Shown: positions 56,322 to 64,000 of the stretch, one piece after another
Layout: every line of letters begins with the position of its first letter
How positions within the stretch are numbered: the first letter of the stretch is position 1
Virus record (IMG/VR): IMGVR_UViG_3300021091_000020
Coordinates: 59,503 to 123,502 of that record
DNA length: 64,000 bases
From: a virus
Direction: 5' to 3' (one strand)
Notes under the pieces: model-generated
Told to the model about the DNA's origin: nothing
What the model saw: only the letters and a program-made list of their open reading frames with translations
Database searches by the model: none
Position numbers and translations under genes: made by a program

Positions 56322-57905
56322 CTATTTTATTAACCAAGTTAAATCTTCATTATGTCCATTTACTGTCATATTCCAACCATCTCGGTCATCTCCATATTGA
56401 TATGAAGGTTTTAGTGGTGTTGTTGATTTCCCCATGTAATCTAAACTCATTCGTGTCTTCAGCAATCCCTCTTGACGAAGTTTTAGAGCAGTATCTCTAA
56501 CCCAAAGTCCTATTGCAAATGACATAACCAAGTCATCATTATATCCTGTTTGTGCCTCTGCTTTTGCACCATTCCAAACAAACACATATAGTTCTTGTGT
56601 TAATCTTGAAGACTTTATTATTGGTAATCTTTCACGAAAATATGTTTCCAATTTTGAAATCAAAAGTGGTCTTGTTTTAGCACTTGTAGTAAATCCAGGA
56701 ATCATTTGTGCCTTGTCTTTTAAGTCATAACCCTTTGGAATATGAACGGATGGATCAGTATACCCATCTTCACGGTATGTATAATAAAGATTTGGATAAC
56801 CTCTATCAATTATTTGTTGAATTGCTGCCCACCCAATGTTAGCATTTTCAACTACAAGAAGAGCATCGTTATATTCTGTTGCAACTGATACTAACATATT
56901 ACCATAAGTTTTTGTATCAAGTTTTCCTTTGTATTCTGCAACTTGTTCCATGTTTTCAACATCAATCACATGGAAAGCTGAATTATCATTTCCGTCACCA
57001 CGAGCAACATCAGCAATAACCATATATGTTTTATTTGGTTCTGGATAATTCCAAATCCAATAAGCATCCTCTGCACCACGCCGTTCTTTTGGTTCACACA
57101 CATAAGTTTGTTCATACCATTGGACAAGTTCACCATCAATTACGGAACGACCAGATGTAAGAAAATTCCCATCACATTCTTGTTTAGCCATGTCAGGACC
57201 CAATAGTATGTCCTGTTCATCACGCCATTTTTGGTCACGGTCTGGATGAACGTGCCATAATAATTCTATCGGATTGAAAGAACTTTCACCGAGTTTTGCC
57301 TTTACCCATTGTTTATGATAAAAGTTACCAACACCATTTGGGGTAGAGTTGATAATAGCAGTTCCACCGGTAGCAAGTGTTTGTTGTGCAGATGCCCATA
57401 TTCTATCTATGTCATCAATAAAGGCGGCCTCGTCTATGATAAGAAGTGAAAGTGCTTCAGAACGAGCGGAGTCAGCGGCAGCAGAAACGGCTTTTATTTG
57501 TGAACCGTTCTTAAATCGAAGTGAAAGTTTGTTATCTTCTTGAACACCGGTTTTCAACCAACTCGGCATATTGTCATACATAACACGAACTTTTGTTACC
57601 AAGTTTTTAGCAGTTTCTTGTTTTGTAGCAATAACGAGAATGTTTTTATCCTGATTGAATAACATCAACCAAAGTGAATATCCAGCAATAACTGTGGATA
57701 TACCTAACTGACGAGACTTTAATACGATATTCCACCGGTTACTATTAAATTCTCTAAGCACATCTTCCTGAAATGGATATAGGTCGAATAATATCTTGCC
57801 ACGAGTTGGATGTTGAATTTTAGCATAACGCTTCATAAAGTATACCGGATTAGCGGCACACTTTGCATATTCTTCTTTGATAATATCTTTTAGATTCTTA
57901 CTCAT
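56322..57905 (-). CDS. Terminase large subunit (T4 gp17-like)
   Basis: KSRQLGIS, IIDEAAF, STPNG, DVARGDGND, NDDLVM. Confidence 0.96.
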   Translation of the reverse strand: MSKNLKDIIKEEYAKCAANPVYFMKRYAKIQHPTRGKILFDLYPFQEDVLREFNSNRWNIVLKSRQLGISTVIAGYSLWLMLFNQDKNILVIATKQETAKNLVTKVRVMYDNMPSWLKTGVQEDNKLSLRFKNGSQIKAVSAAADSARSEALSLLIIDEAAFIDDIDRIWASAQQTLATGGTAIINSTPNGVGNFYHKQWVKAKLGESSFNPIELLWHVHPDRDQKWRDEQDILLGPDMAKQECDGNFLTSGRSVIDGELVQWYEQTYVCEPKERRGAEDAYWIWNYPEPNKTYMVIADVARGDGNDNSAFHVIDVENMEQVAEYKGKLDTKTYGNMLVSVATEYNDALLVVENANIGWAAIQQIIDRGYPNLYYTYREDGYTDPSVHIPKGYDLKDKAQMIPGFTTSAKTRPLLISKLETYFRERLPIIKSSRLTQELYVFVWNGAKAEAQTGYNDDLVMSFAIGLWVRDTALKLRQEGLLKTRMSLDYMGKSTTPLKPSYQYGDDRDGWNMTVNGHNEDLTWLIK

Positions 57906-58273
57906 TGAACTGCAAATACTATCCCAAGAGTAGTTCCAACACCAGTAAAGAACCAGAGTAATTTATTATCATACCAACGAGGTTGAAGTTCATCAATTAT
58001 TTTTTCCAATTCTACACTTCTTTTTTTACAAGCATCAATAGCTTGGTCACGATTTTTTAATTGTTGATGATATAAGTCAAAACGAGTTTGGTGAAATTCT
58101 ATCAAAGTATCTTGAGCATTTACAACTGCGGTTAAATATTCAACTGAATCACGAATTAGTTGAATACGATTTGCCATCTTCACCACATCAGTTTTCTTAA
58201 AACATATAACAGAGTCATTTTCAACTGCAAACACAGTTGTTACTGAAAATAATAAGGCAATTAAATATTTCAT
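57902..58273 (-). CDS. Secreted coiled-coil protein with C-terminal hydrophobic segment (spanin-like)
   Basis: Signal-peptide-like N-terminus, coiled coil, WY followed by LLWFFTGVGTTLGIVFAV. Confidence 0.5.
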   Translation of the reverse strand: MKYLIALLFSVTTVFAVENDSVICFKKTDVVKMANRIQLIRDSVEYLTAVVNAQDTLIEFHQTRFDLYHQQLKNRDQAIDACKKRSVELEKIIDELQPRWYDNKLLWFFTGVGTTLGIVFAVQ

Positions 58274-58276
58274 AAA

Positions 58277-58615
58277 TTAGTCTTTCAGAAAGTTAATAAT
58301 ATACTTTGTGGCTTCATCAGGATTTTTTATTTCTTTATCACGATAAACATAGAATTTTTTTCGTATGATAAGAATACTGTCCTTACGAACTTTGATTAGT
58401 GAGTCTAATTCGTCTGCTCTTTTTTTCAAATTGGTATAATCAAATTCATATTTGTTTATTAGAGCTTCCAAACTATCTGCGGTTTTGTGTGATTGTCTTA
58501 ATTGTTCTTTTGAACGATTATATTCATACCCATTGTATATCAATAGGATTGAAAGAAATACTATGGCAAATATCTTTATGTAATTGCCAATTTTTTGTGT
58601 CAAAACATCTTCCAT
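58277..58615 (-). CDS. Inner-membrane spanin-like protein
   Basis: N-terminal TM helix followed by coiled coil; adjacent to the secreted partner. Confidence 0.5.
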   Translation of the reverse strand: MEDVLTQKIGNYIKIFAIVFLSILLIYNGYEYNRSKEQLRQSHKTADSLEALINKYEFDYTNLKKRADELDSLIKVRKDSILIIRKKFYVYRDKEIKNPDEATKYIINFLKD

Positions 58616-58617
58616 AA

Positions 58618-58962
58618 TTAACCTTTTGTATAAGTTGAAACCATTTTTGCCTTACCACGAGCAGTTGCACCCTTTTTTCTCTTTCGTGTTACGGCACTTC
58701 TTTTTTGTTTTGATGACATCGAAGCGGCTTTTGCTGCAGGAACACATTTTGGATATGCTCTCTTACCACCTTTTCTGGCCTTACTACCAGCAGAGGCGCC
58801 GCATGGTGGATGTCCACCACTTTTTTTCTTACGAGAAATATCAACCCATCTTTCTCTAAACCAACCAGTTAAACCACCACTCGGCTTTTTTCCTTCACGA
58901 ATATATTGTGAGATATACTCTCTGATGATTTCTTTAACGATATTTTCTGTTGTTTTATTCAT
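58618..58962 (-). CDS. Basic Cys-containing protein with VKEIIRE leader
   Basis: GLTGWFRERWVD...CG...YPKCVP; very Lys/Arg-rich. Confidence 0.7.
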   Translation of the reverse strand: MNKTTENIVKEIIREYISQYIREGKKPSGGLTGWFRERWVDISRKKKSGGHPPCGASAGSKARKGGKRAYPKCVPAAKAASMSSKQKRSAVTRKRKKGATARGKAKMVSTYTKG

Positions 58963-58993
58963 ATCAATAAATATAATAATTTTTTTATTTTAT

Positions 58994-60562
58994 TTATTCT
59001 TCCCAAGATAAAACTGTTGAAATTGCTCTACCGTTATCGCCTTCCGCCTTTAGTTTTATTGTACCATCTGCAACAAATGTTGAAGAACCACCACCATCAA
59101 ATGAAATCCAAGTTGCATCTGGATTTATAGATAGTAATGTATTTTGCCAAATTGGCCAATTTTGTTTTCCATTCTTTGTGGATACATATTTATGTTTTCC
59201 ACTTGGAACAGTTACTGCAATAAAAATTTTATCTTTGTGAAATCCGATTGATGTTTTTGGTCTAGATTTATCTTTCTGTAAAAATTCTTTGTTACTCAAA
59301 TCTATCGCCTTTCCTTCTAAAATGAGAACTTCACTTCCTGAAAATGCATAATTTACATCTTTTAATTTTGATAAAACTTTTTCTTCTGCTGTTATTGTTC
59401 TTCTTTGACCACGATCATATTTAGTTTGGAATAATTCTATATGACCGTCATTAAATACGGTAATTGTTTCGTAATATTCCAAACTTCTACCGGTAGTTTC
59501 ACTTAGCATCGTATAGTATTTATTTCCAGTTTTTGGATGATTTGCACTACCATCTTTAATAAATGTACTTGTTGCTTTTCCAGAAGGTTCGTATAGAGTT
59601 AAATTGATAAAATTTTTCAAAGGCAATCTTCCTGTTTGGGTGTTGCCCTCAATCCATTTTTTAGCGTTATGTAAACTAAATCCACCTGATTTTGGATCAC
59701 CAATATGAACAGATACTATTCTTGAGTCGATAGCTCTGTAATCATAATCATCTGGATGTACGGTTTCGCCAATTGGTTTGCTTGGAACAATGTTTGTTGA
59801 ATATTTTATACTATTCCACTCTAATTTGACAACCTTTTTTTTATCACGTATATCAAAACCATAATACTCACCGGAATAACCATTGAAATGCTTTTCTAAT
59901 GATTGAGATAATTCTCTCAAAATGGCAAAAAGTGCTATTTCTCTTTGTGCTTTATATGTGTGTCTTGGTGTGAAAAATTTAGTAAATGCATTTTTTAATT
60001 CTTCTTTTGACTCATCAGTATTTCCATTTACTATTAATTTTGTAGTATTTTCTATTTTGTCACATACACCACACTCAATGGTATGCACTTCAGGTTTTGA
60101 AGTTCCTTCTACAATATCGTCAGACCATTCTGATTTTTCCCAAAAAATTTGAAATCCATCTATTATATCTTGAAGACCTTTTGGTCCGTCTGATTCAGCA
60201 GATGATCTCATTGATGAATTTTTTTTAAAACCAGTAGCAACTTTACTTAATGGTAATGGTATTTTTTTTGTTGTTCCATCATTTAATATAAATTCTACAC
60301 ATTCACAATTTCCTCCAACAAATCTAGCATTACTAATTTTATCTGAAAATGATATTCTTGCATTATCGATTAAAGATTTTTCATAAGAAGATATGAATAA
60401 TTCCGCTATATTATAGGAATCCGAATATTTTGGTGACGATGCTTTTAATAATGCGTTATATGTTCGTTCTATAAAATTTTCCATGAATGGAGTGATTTCT
60501 ACATCTGGAAATTGAACACCATAATCTAAATACATTTTTTTAATGTCATCAATAAATGCCAT
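58994..60562 (-). CDS. Protein with C-terminal phosphodiester glycosidase (NAGPA-like) domain
   Basis: RPKTSIGF...IFIAV and ISFDGGGSST motifs near the C-terminus. Confidence 0.65.
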   Translation of the reverse strand: MAFIDDIKKMYLDYGVQFPDVEITPFMENFIERTYNALLKASSPKYSDSYNIAELFISSYEKSLIDNARISFSDKISNARFVGGNCECVEFILNDGTTKKIPLPLSKVATGFKKNSSMRSSAESDGPKGLQDIIDGFQIFWEKSEWSDDIVEGTSKPEVHTIECGVCDKIENTTKLIVNGNTDESKEELKNAFTKFFTPRHTYKAQREIALFAILRELSQSLEKHFNGYSGEYYGFDIRDKKKVVKLEWNSIKYSTNIVPSKPIGETVHPDDYDYRAIDSRIVSVHIGDPKSGGFSLHNAKKWIEGNTQTGRLPLKNFINLTLYEPSGKATSTFIKDGSANHPKTGNKYYTMLSETTGRSLEYYETITVFNDGHIELFQTKYDRGQRRTITAEEKVLSKLKDVNYAFSGSEVLILEGKAIDLSNKEFLQKDKSRPKTSIGFHKDKIFIAVTVPSGKHKYVSTKNGKQNWPIWQNTLLSINPDATWISFDGGGSSTFVADGTIKLKAEGDNGRAISTVLSWEE

Positions 60563-60586
60563 AACAAATTTACCAAATTTTAATTA

Positions 60587-61174
60587 TTAAGTCTTATCTA
60601 TTGCACCTTTACCCGAACTTGGCCATCCAAAACGGCATGACCAATATCTTGCCTTATGTCTTGGTCCTGGTGATTGACAATTGTGACGAGCACGGAAAGA
60701 CTTTCTTCGGGCTGCATTGCTCTTTTTAATACGCATTGTTTTCTTACCACCCTCACCCTTGTGACCAAAGTTTACTTTTACGATATTACCATTTGATTTT
60801 TTAACATAAACAGAAAACTTTTTTGGACCACCGGGCGTTCTAAACGGTTTTCCTAAACTAACTTTTCTACCACGATATTCAGCTTCATTCATCATGTTAG
60901 GTTCATTTTCTTGAATACGAAAATGTAATTCAGTAATTTTACCACAAGGATTTGTAGCATATCCTTCAAGTTGATAGCCGGGATTTACAATAGTTTCTTT
61001 TACATTACGAAATCCACCACCCGCAGCTTTATATGCTTTAACAAGAGCACCTGAAGCATATGCACTTGGCCATACTTTATATTTACTTTTAATTCTTGAT
61101 TTTATTCTTGAATAAAGTTTTTTATTTGTAGGAACTGCCCTTTCAATTATTATTGATTTCATCACCTTCTCCAT
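60587..61174 (-). CDS. Two-domain basic protein
   Basis: Domain 1 WPSAYASGALVKAYKAAGGGF; MNE linker; domain 2 RRKSFRARHNC...ARYWSC. Confidence 0.75.
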   Translation of the reverse strand: MEKVMKSIIIERAVPTNKKLYSRIKSRIKSKYKVWPSAYASGALVKAYKAAGGGFRNVKETIVNPGYQLEGYATNPCGKITELHFRIQENEPNMMNEAEYRGRKVSLGKPFRTPGGPKKFSVYVKKSNGNIVKVNFGHKGEGGKKTMRIKKSNAARRKSFRARHNCQSPGPRHKARYWSCRFGWPSSGKGAIDKT

Positions 61175-61409
61175 TTTCTATCTTTGTAAATTTGTTTGCA
61201 AATTGTTCTGATGCTACTGAAAAAAGACTACCAACTACTATGTAAAGAAAACCATCGAATATAAATTGTTCAACTTTCTTATCATAAAAGGTTGATACTA
61301 TTGCCATAAATATCATAACACCAAAAGAAAAAAACATCATCACACGCTTGGATGATATTCTACCACTAAAACCACTAAAAGTTTGAGCAACTGGATTAAG
61401 TTTATTCAA
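61143..61409 (-). CDS. Small two-TM membrane protein, holin-like
   Basis: SSKR followed by two hydrophobic helices and a charged tail. Confidence 0.55.
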   Translation of the reverse strand: MNKLNPVAQTFSGFSGRISSKRVMMFFSFGVMIFMAIVSTFYDKKVEQFIFDGFLYIVVGSLFSVASEQFANKFTKIENGEGDEINNN

Positions 61410-62019
61410 CTCTTTCTCCTAAATCTTTTTCTAACTTTTCAATAAAGTTCTTTCTAAACTCTGCAAATTCATTTTGTATTTTTTCTAACATTTCTTCTTT
61501 GTTAAATGGCGTTTTCCAATTTTCAATATCACCAAAATCGTTTGTAAATTCCATTCTTGATAATTCATTGGCAATTATATTTTTATCACGTTCTGCATCT
61601 TCCAACCATGCAAGTGCATTTTGTTTCAATTTTGTTTTTTCATATTCATCCCACTTGCCTTCAAGACGAATTTTATGTTCCATATCAATCACACAATCAA
61701 AACACATACCGTGAATTTTTTTCATTTTTTGGTCAAGTCTTTTAGGCATACCACAAGTGCAAGTTTCTTTTGGGCATTTTGGAAATGTATTCAAATACTG
61801 ATGTAACTCTTGTTGCCATTCTTTTCCAAGTTTTATTTTATATCCATTCTTTTGTTCCCATTCGTTACCATCTTCGTCAAACCACTTATCACCAATTTTA
61901 CGAATTTCGTTATCTTCTTTTTTATTTGCAGAAAAACCAACTTGAACTTTTTGCTGACTATCGTGTTCTCCCGCAAGAAGTTTTTTTACATCTTGTATAC
62001 TATCAATTTTAATATCCAT
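61402..62019 (-). CDS. Hypothetical protein with Cys pairs (possible Zn binding)
   Basis: CPKETCTC and CFDC; GDKW...WEQKNG. Confidence 0.7.
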   Translation of the reverse strand: MDIKIDSIQDVKKLLAGEHDSQQKVQVGFSANKKEDNEIRKIGDKWFDEDGNEWEQKNGYKIKLGKEWQQELHQYLNTFPKCPKETCTCGMPKRLDQKMKKIHGMCFDCVIDMEHKIRLEGKWDEYEKTKLKQNALAWLEDAERDKNIIANELSRMEFTNDFGDIENWKTPFNKEEMLEKIQNEFAEFRKNFIEKLEKDLGERVE

Positions 62020-62030
62020 AACATAACCTT

Positions 62031-62774
62031 TTACTTTATTATTTCGTTGTAAACTTTATTCCAAAATTTTCTTGTTATCATGTGCATAGGTCTTAACCCA
62101 TTTTTATCGGATTTTACTTCTTTCATTTTTCCACGTTTTGTATTGAACTTGGAAACAACCATATTGAATATCTCAACATCAAACCATCCAAATATAGAAA
62201 TAAAACGAGACTTTAATTCAGCTAATTTAGCACTTCTATCGGCCAAAGCAGAAAAAATACTCTTTGATCCCATTTTGCCAAAACTTGGAATATCGTAACG
62301 AACATGATTAACAATCATATAATATACATACGGATTTTGAATATCTTTGTATGCCAATTGACTACTACCATTCCAACGCATCAATCTCTTGTAGTCTTTT
62401 AATTTAGATACATGATCTTTATCAACCGCATAAATTACAATGGTGCTATCGTTATCAAATTGTTCGATGACATCTGTTGCATGAAATGGTGTATTTGATT
62501 TCATAATCCGCTTAACATTATGACGACGCATAATTGCAGACTTTTCATCAAATGTTAGTGGTTTTTCTATTGGATCAGTAGTATCGTCTGTAACAATATA
62601 AACATTTTCTTTATCAAACTTACGGCAAATTCTATCATATTCTTCTTTATGATATATTGCCATCGGTTGAAATTTACCAGGATAAATTACAAGAACATCC
62701 TTATCTACCAAATCATTTTCATTGAATATGGCAAGGTTCATTTCCTTAATCAATTTTAATATTGATTTATTCAT
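62031..62774 (-). CDS. Cytidylyltransferase-like (HUP fold) protein with degenerate HxGH motif
   Basis: VIYPGKFQPMAIYH, PLTFDEK; leader LKLIKE...IFNE. Confidence 0.6.
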   Translation of the reverse strand: MNKSILKLIKEMNLAIFNENDLVDKDVLVIYPGKFQPMAIYHKEEYDRICRKFDKENVYIVTDDTTDPIEKPLTFDEKSAIMRRHNVKRIMKSNTPFHATDVIEQFDNDSTIVIYAVDKDHVSKLKDYKRLMRWNGSSQLAYKDIQNPYVYYMIVNHVRYDIPSFGKMGSKSIFSALADRSAKLAELKSRFISIFGWFDVEIFNMVVSKFNTKRGKMKEVKSDKNGLRPMHMITRKFWNKVYNEIIK

Positions 62775-62840
62775 AATATCAACTTAAAATATTGTTACAT
62801 AATACTATAAATATTTATTATATTTTTAATAATGTTTAAA

Positions 62841-63005
62841 TTATGAATGTGATTGTAATATAATTTGTTTGGCATCCAATTCAGATCCACTAATGGCTGT
62901 TTGTGTTCTCCAAATATCTCCATTTTCATCTATAAATTTCCAAACAAAAATATTATTATTATTTACATCTTTTGCTTCTATTTTTTTGTAAAATTCTAAA
63001 TTCAT
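62841..63005 (-). CDS. Small 54-aa protein after the fibre gene (not in the ORF track)
   Basis: TAATG stop-start overlap; [54 protein letters not shown]. Confidence 0.6.
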   Translation of the reverse strand: MNLEFYKKIEAKDVNNNNIFVWKFIDENGDIWRTQTAISGSELDAKQIILQSHS

Positions 63006-64000
63006 TATGATGCCTTGAAAATTTCCAATCTACTTCCTTTTTTTATACGTGTACCAGTCAATGGAGTTTCTGTATATTGACACCAATTTAGTGCTAATGA
63101 TCCAGCCGATGTTGGTTTTACTGCTCCAGTAAGTTTAAATACTCTTGGTTTTGATGCATCCGTCCCTAGGTTTTGTAAAAAGTTATCACTGTAACCATCT
63201 GTCAAGAAATAATTACCAGGACTCACTGTAAAAAGTTCCCAATAACCTGTTCCACTATTTGCATCATCAACTGCTATTCTTATACCTGGATCCGTAAATG
63301 CATTTGTTCTTTCTACTATAAGTATAAAATTAAAGTAATATATTGCATTAGCTGACATACTATAAAATAATTCGTCATCACCTTGAAGTGCTCCATTATT
63401 TAAGACTGTTTCATCTGTGGTTTTTTCAACAACAGCAAACGGTAATAATGTTCCAAGACTACCTGTAATACTATTCTTACTAACAAATGAAGCGGTAGTT
63501 GCAAAAGATGCAGTTCCTTGAAGTGAACCAGTAAATGACATTGCAGTAACATTTCCGGTAACAACAAGTGTTGAACCATTAAATGCTAAATTTGTTTCTG
63601 CAACAGCAGCATTTGATGTACCATCGGATGTTAGTATTCTATCGTTTGAAGCACCTGATATTGTTGTAAATCCAGTTCCACTTGTTCCACTACTACCAGC
63701 AGCACCAGATATTCCTGATGAACCTGATGAACCTGAAGCACCAGTTGCACCAGTAGCACCAGTAGCACCAGATGTTCCTGATGAACCTGAAGCACCAGTG
63801 GCACCAGTGGCACCAGCAGCACCAGAAGTTCCTGATGAACCTGAAGCACCAGTGGCACCAGTGGCACCAGCGGCACCAGATGTTCCTGATGAACCTGAAG
63901 ATCCAGAAGTTCCTCTTGTTCCCGATGAACCAGATGTTCCAGATGAACCTGAAGCACCAGTGGCACCAGTGGCACCAGCAGCACCAGAAGTTCGTGATGA
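63005..64000 (-). CDS. Partial collagen-like (Gly-X-Y) fibre protein with C-terminal globular domain
   Basis: Frame is open from the window end to the stop at 63005; [12 protein letters not shown] triplets, then a beta-rich C-terminal domain. Confidence 0.8.
   Translation of the reverse strand, partial: SSRTSGAAGATGATGASGSSGTSGSSGTRGTSGSSGSSGTSGAAGATGATGASGSSGTSGAAGATGATGASGSSGTSGATGATGATGASGSSGSSGISGAAGSSGTSGTGFTTISGASNDRILTSDGTSNAAVAETNLAFNGSTLVVTGNVTAMSFTGSLQGTASFATTASFVSKNSITGSLGTLLPFAVVEKTTDETVLNNGALQGDDELFYSMSANAIYYFNFILIVERTNAFTDPGIRIAVDDANSGTGYWELFTVSPGNYFLTDGYSDNFLQNLGTDASKPRVFKLTGAVKPTSAGSLALNWCQYTETPLTGTRIKKGSRLEIFKAS
63680..64000 (-). repeat. 9-nt-period Gly-X-Y coding repeat with a higher-order unit of about 54-63 nt
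   Basis: Recurring gcaccagtg / gaacctgat / gaagcacca blocks. Confidence 0.9.

Noticed and set aside
459-62298. Many plus-strand ORFs in the six-frame track (e.g. 16956-17666, 33034-33516, 44565-45146)
   Set aside because: All lie antisense to well-supported minus-strand genes, have shadow-like composition and show no recognisable motifs
63631-63984. 117-aa LVPLVLQVH repeat ORF
   Set aside because: Alternate-frame reading of the Gly-X-Y fibre repeat
1-64000. Stop-codon reassignment, as seen in some large Bacteroidota phages
   Set aside because: Core genes are full length in the standard code, and TAA, TAG and TGA all end genes at expected positions
1-64000. tRNA genes, introns, inteins or homing endonucleases
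   Set aside because: Intergenic gaps are short and AT-rich with no cloverleaf seen; terminase, helicase, UvsX and NrdJ are uninterrupted and of normal size

Overview
AT-rich 64 kb segment of a large myovirus-type tailed phage with a T4-like gene set. Every credible gene is on the minus strand and uses the standard genetic code. Reading from high to low coordinates, it carries: a partial Gly-X-Y fibre; lysis-like genes; terminase, portal, prohead protease, scaffold and major capsid; neck, sheath, tube, tail chaperone, tape measure and baseplate genes; then a replication block (short PolA-like protein, gp32 SSB, UvsX, RNase H-like nuclease, gp41 helicase), class II ribonucleotide reductase, Hsp20 and thioredoxin. 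A phage bS21, an Hc1-type protein and a TAnnTTTG-like promoter point to a Bacteroidota/FCB host (inference). Most notable: (1) scattered enzymes (nucleotidyltransferase, two ParB-like proteins, an ADP-ribosyltransferase, a cytidylyltransferase-like protein) sharing protease-site-like leader tags, suggesting packaged capsid cargo; (2) an unannotated 42-aa gene coupled to the ADP-ribosyltransferase; (3) an SD-assisted +1 frameshift site in the tail chaperone; (4) a 16-bp inverted repeat enclosing one membrane-protein gene; (5) a probable aminoacyl-tRNA-protein transferase; (6) a 2979-aa baseplate protein with graded 44-aa repeats; (7) about 20 copies of an upstream motif that is the reverse complement of the T4 late promoter. 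All calls come from motif recognition by eye; no searches were run.
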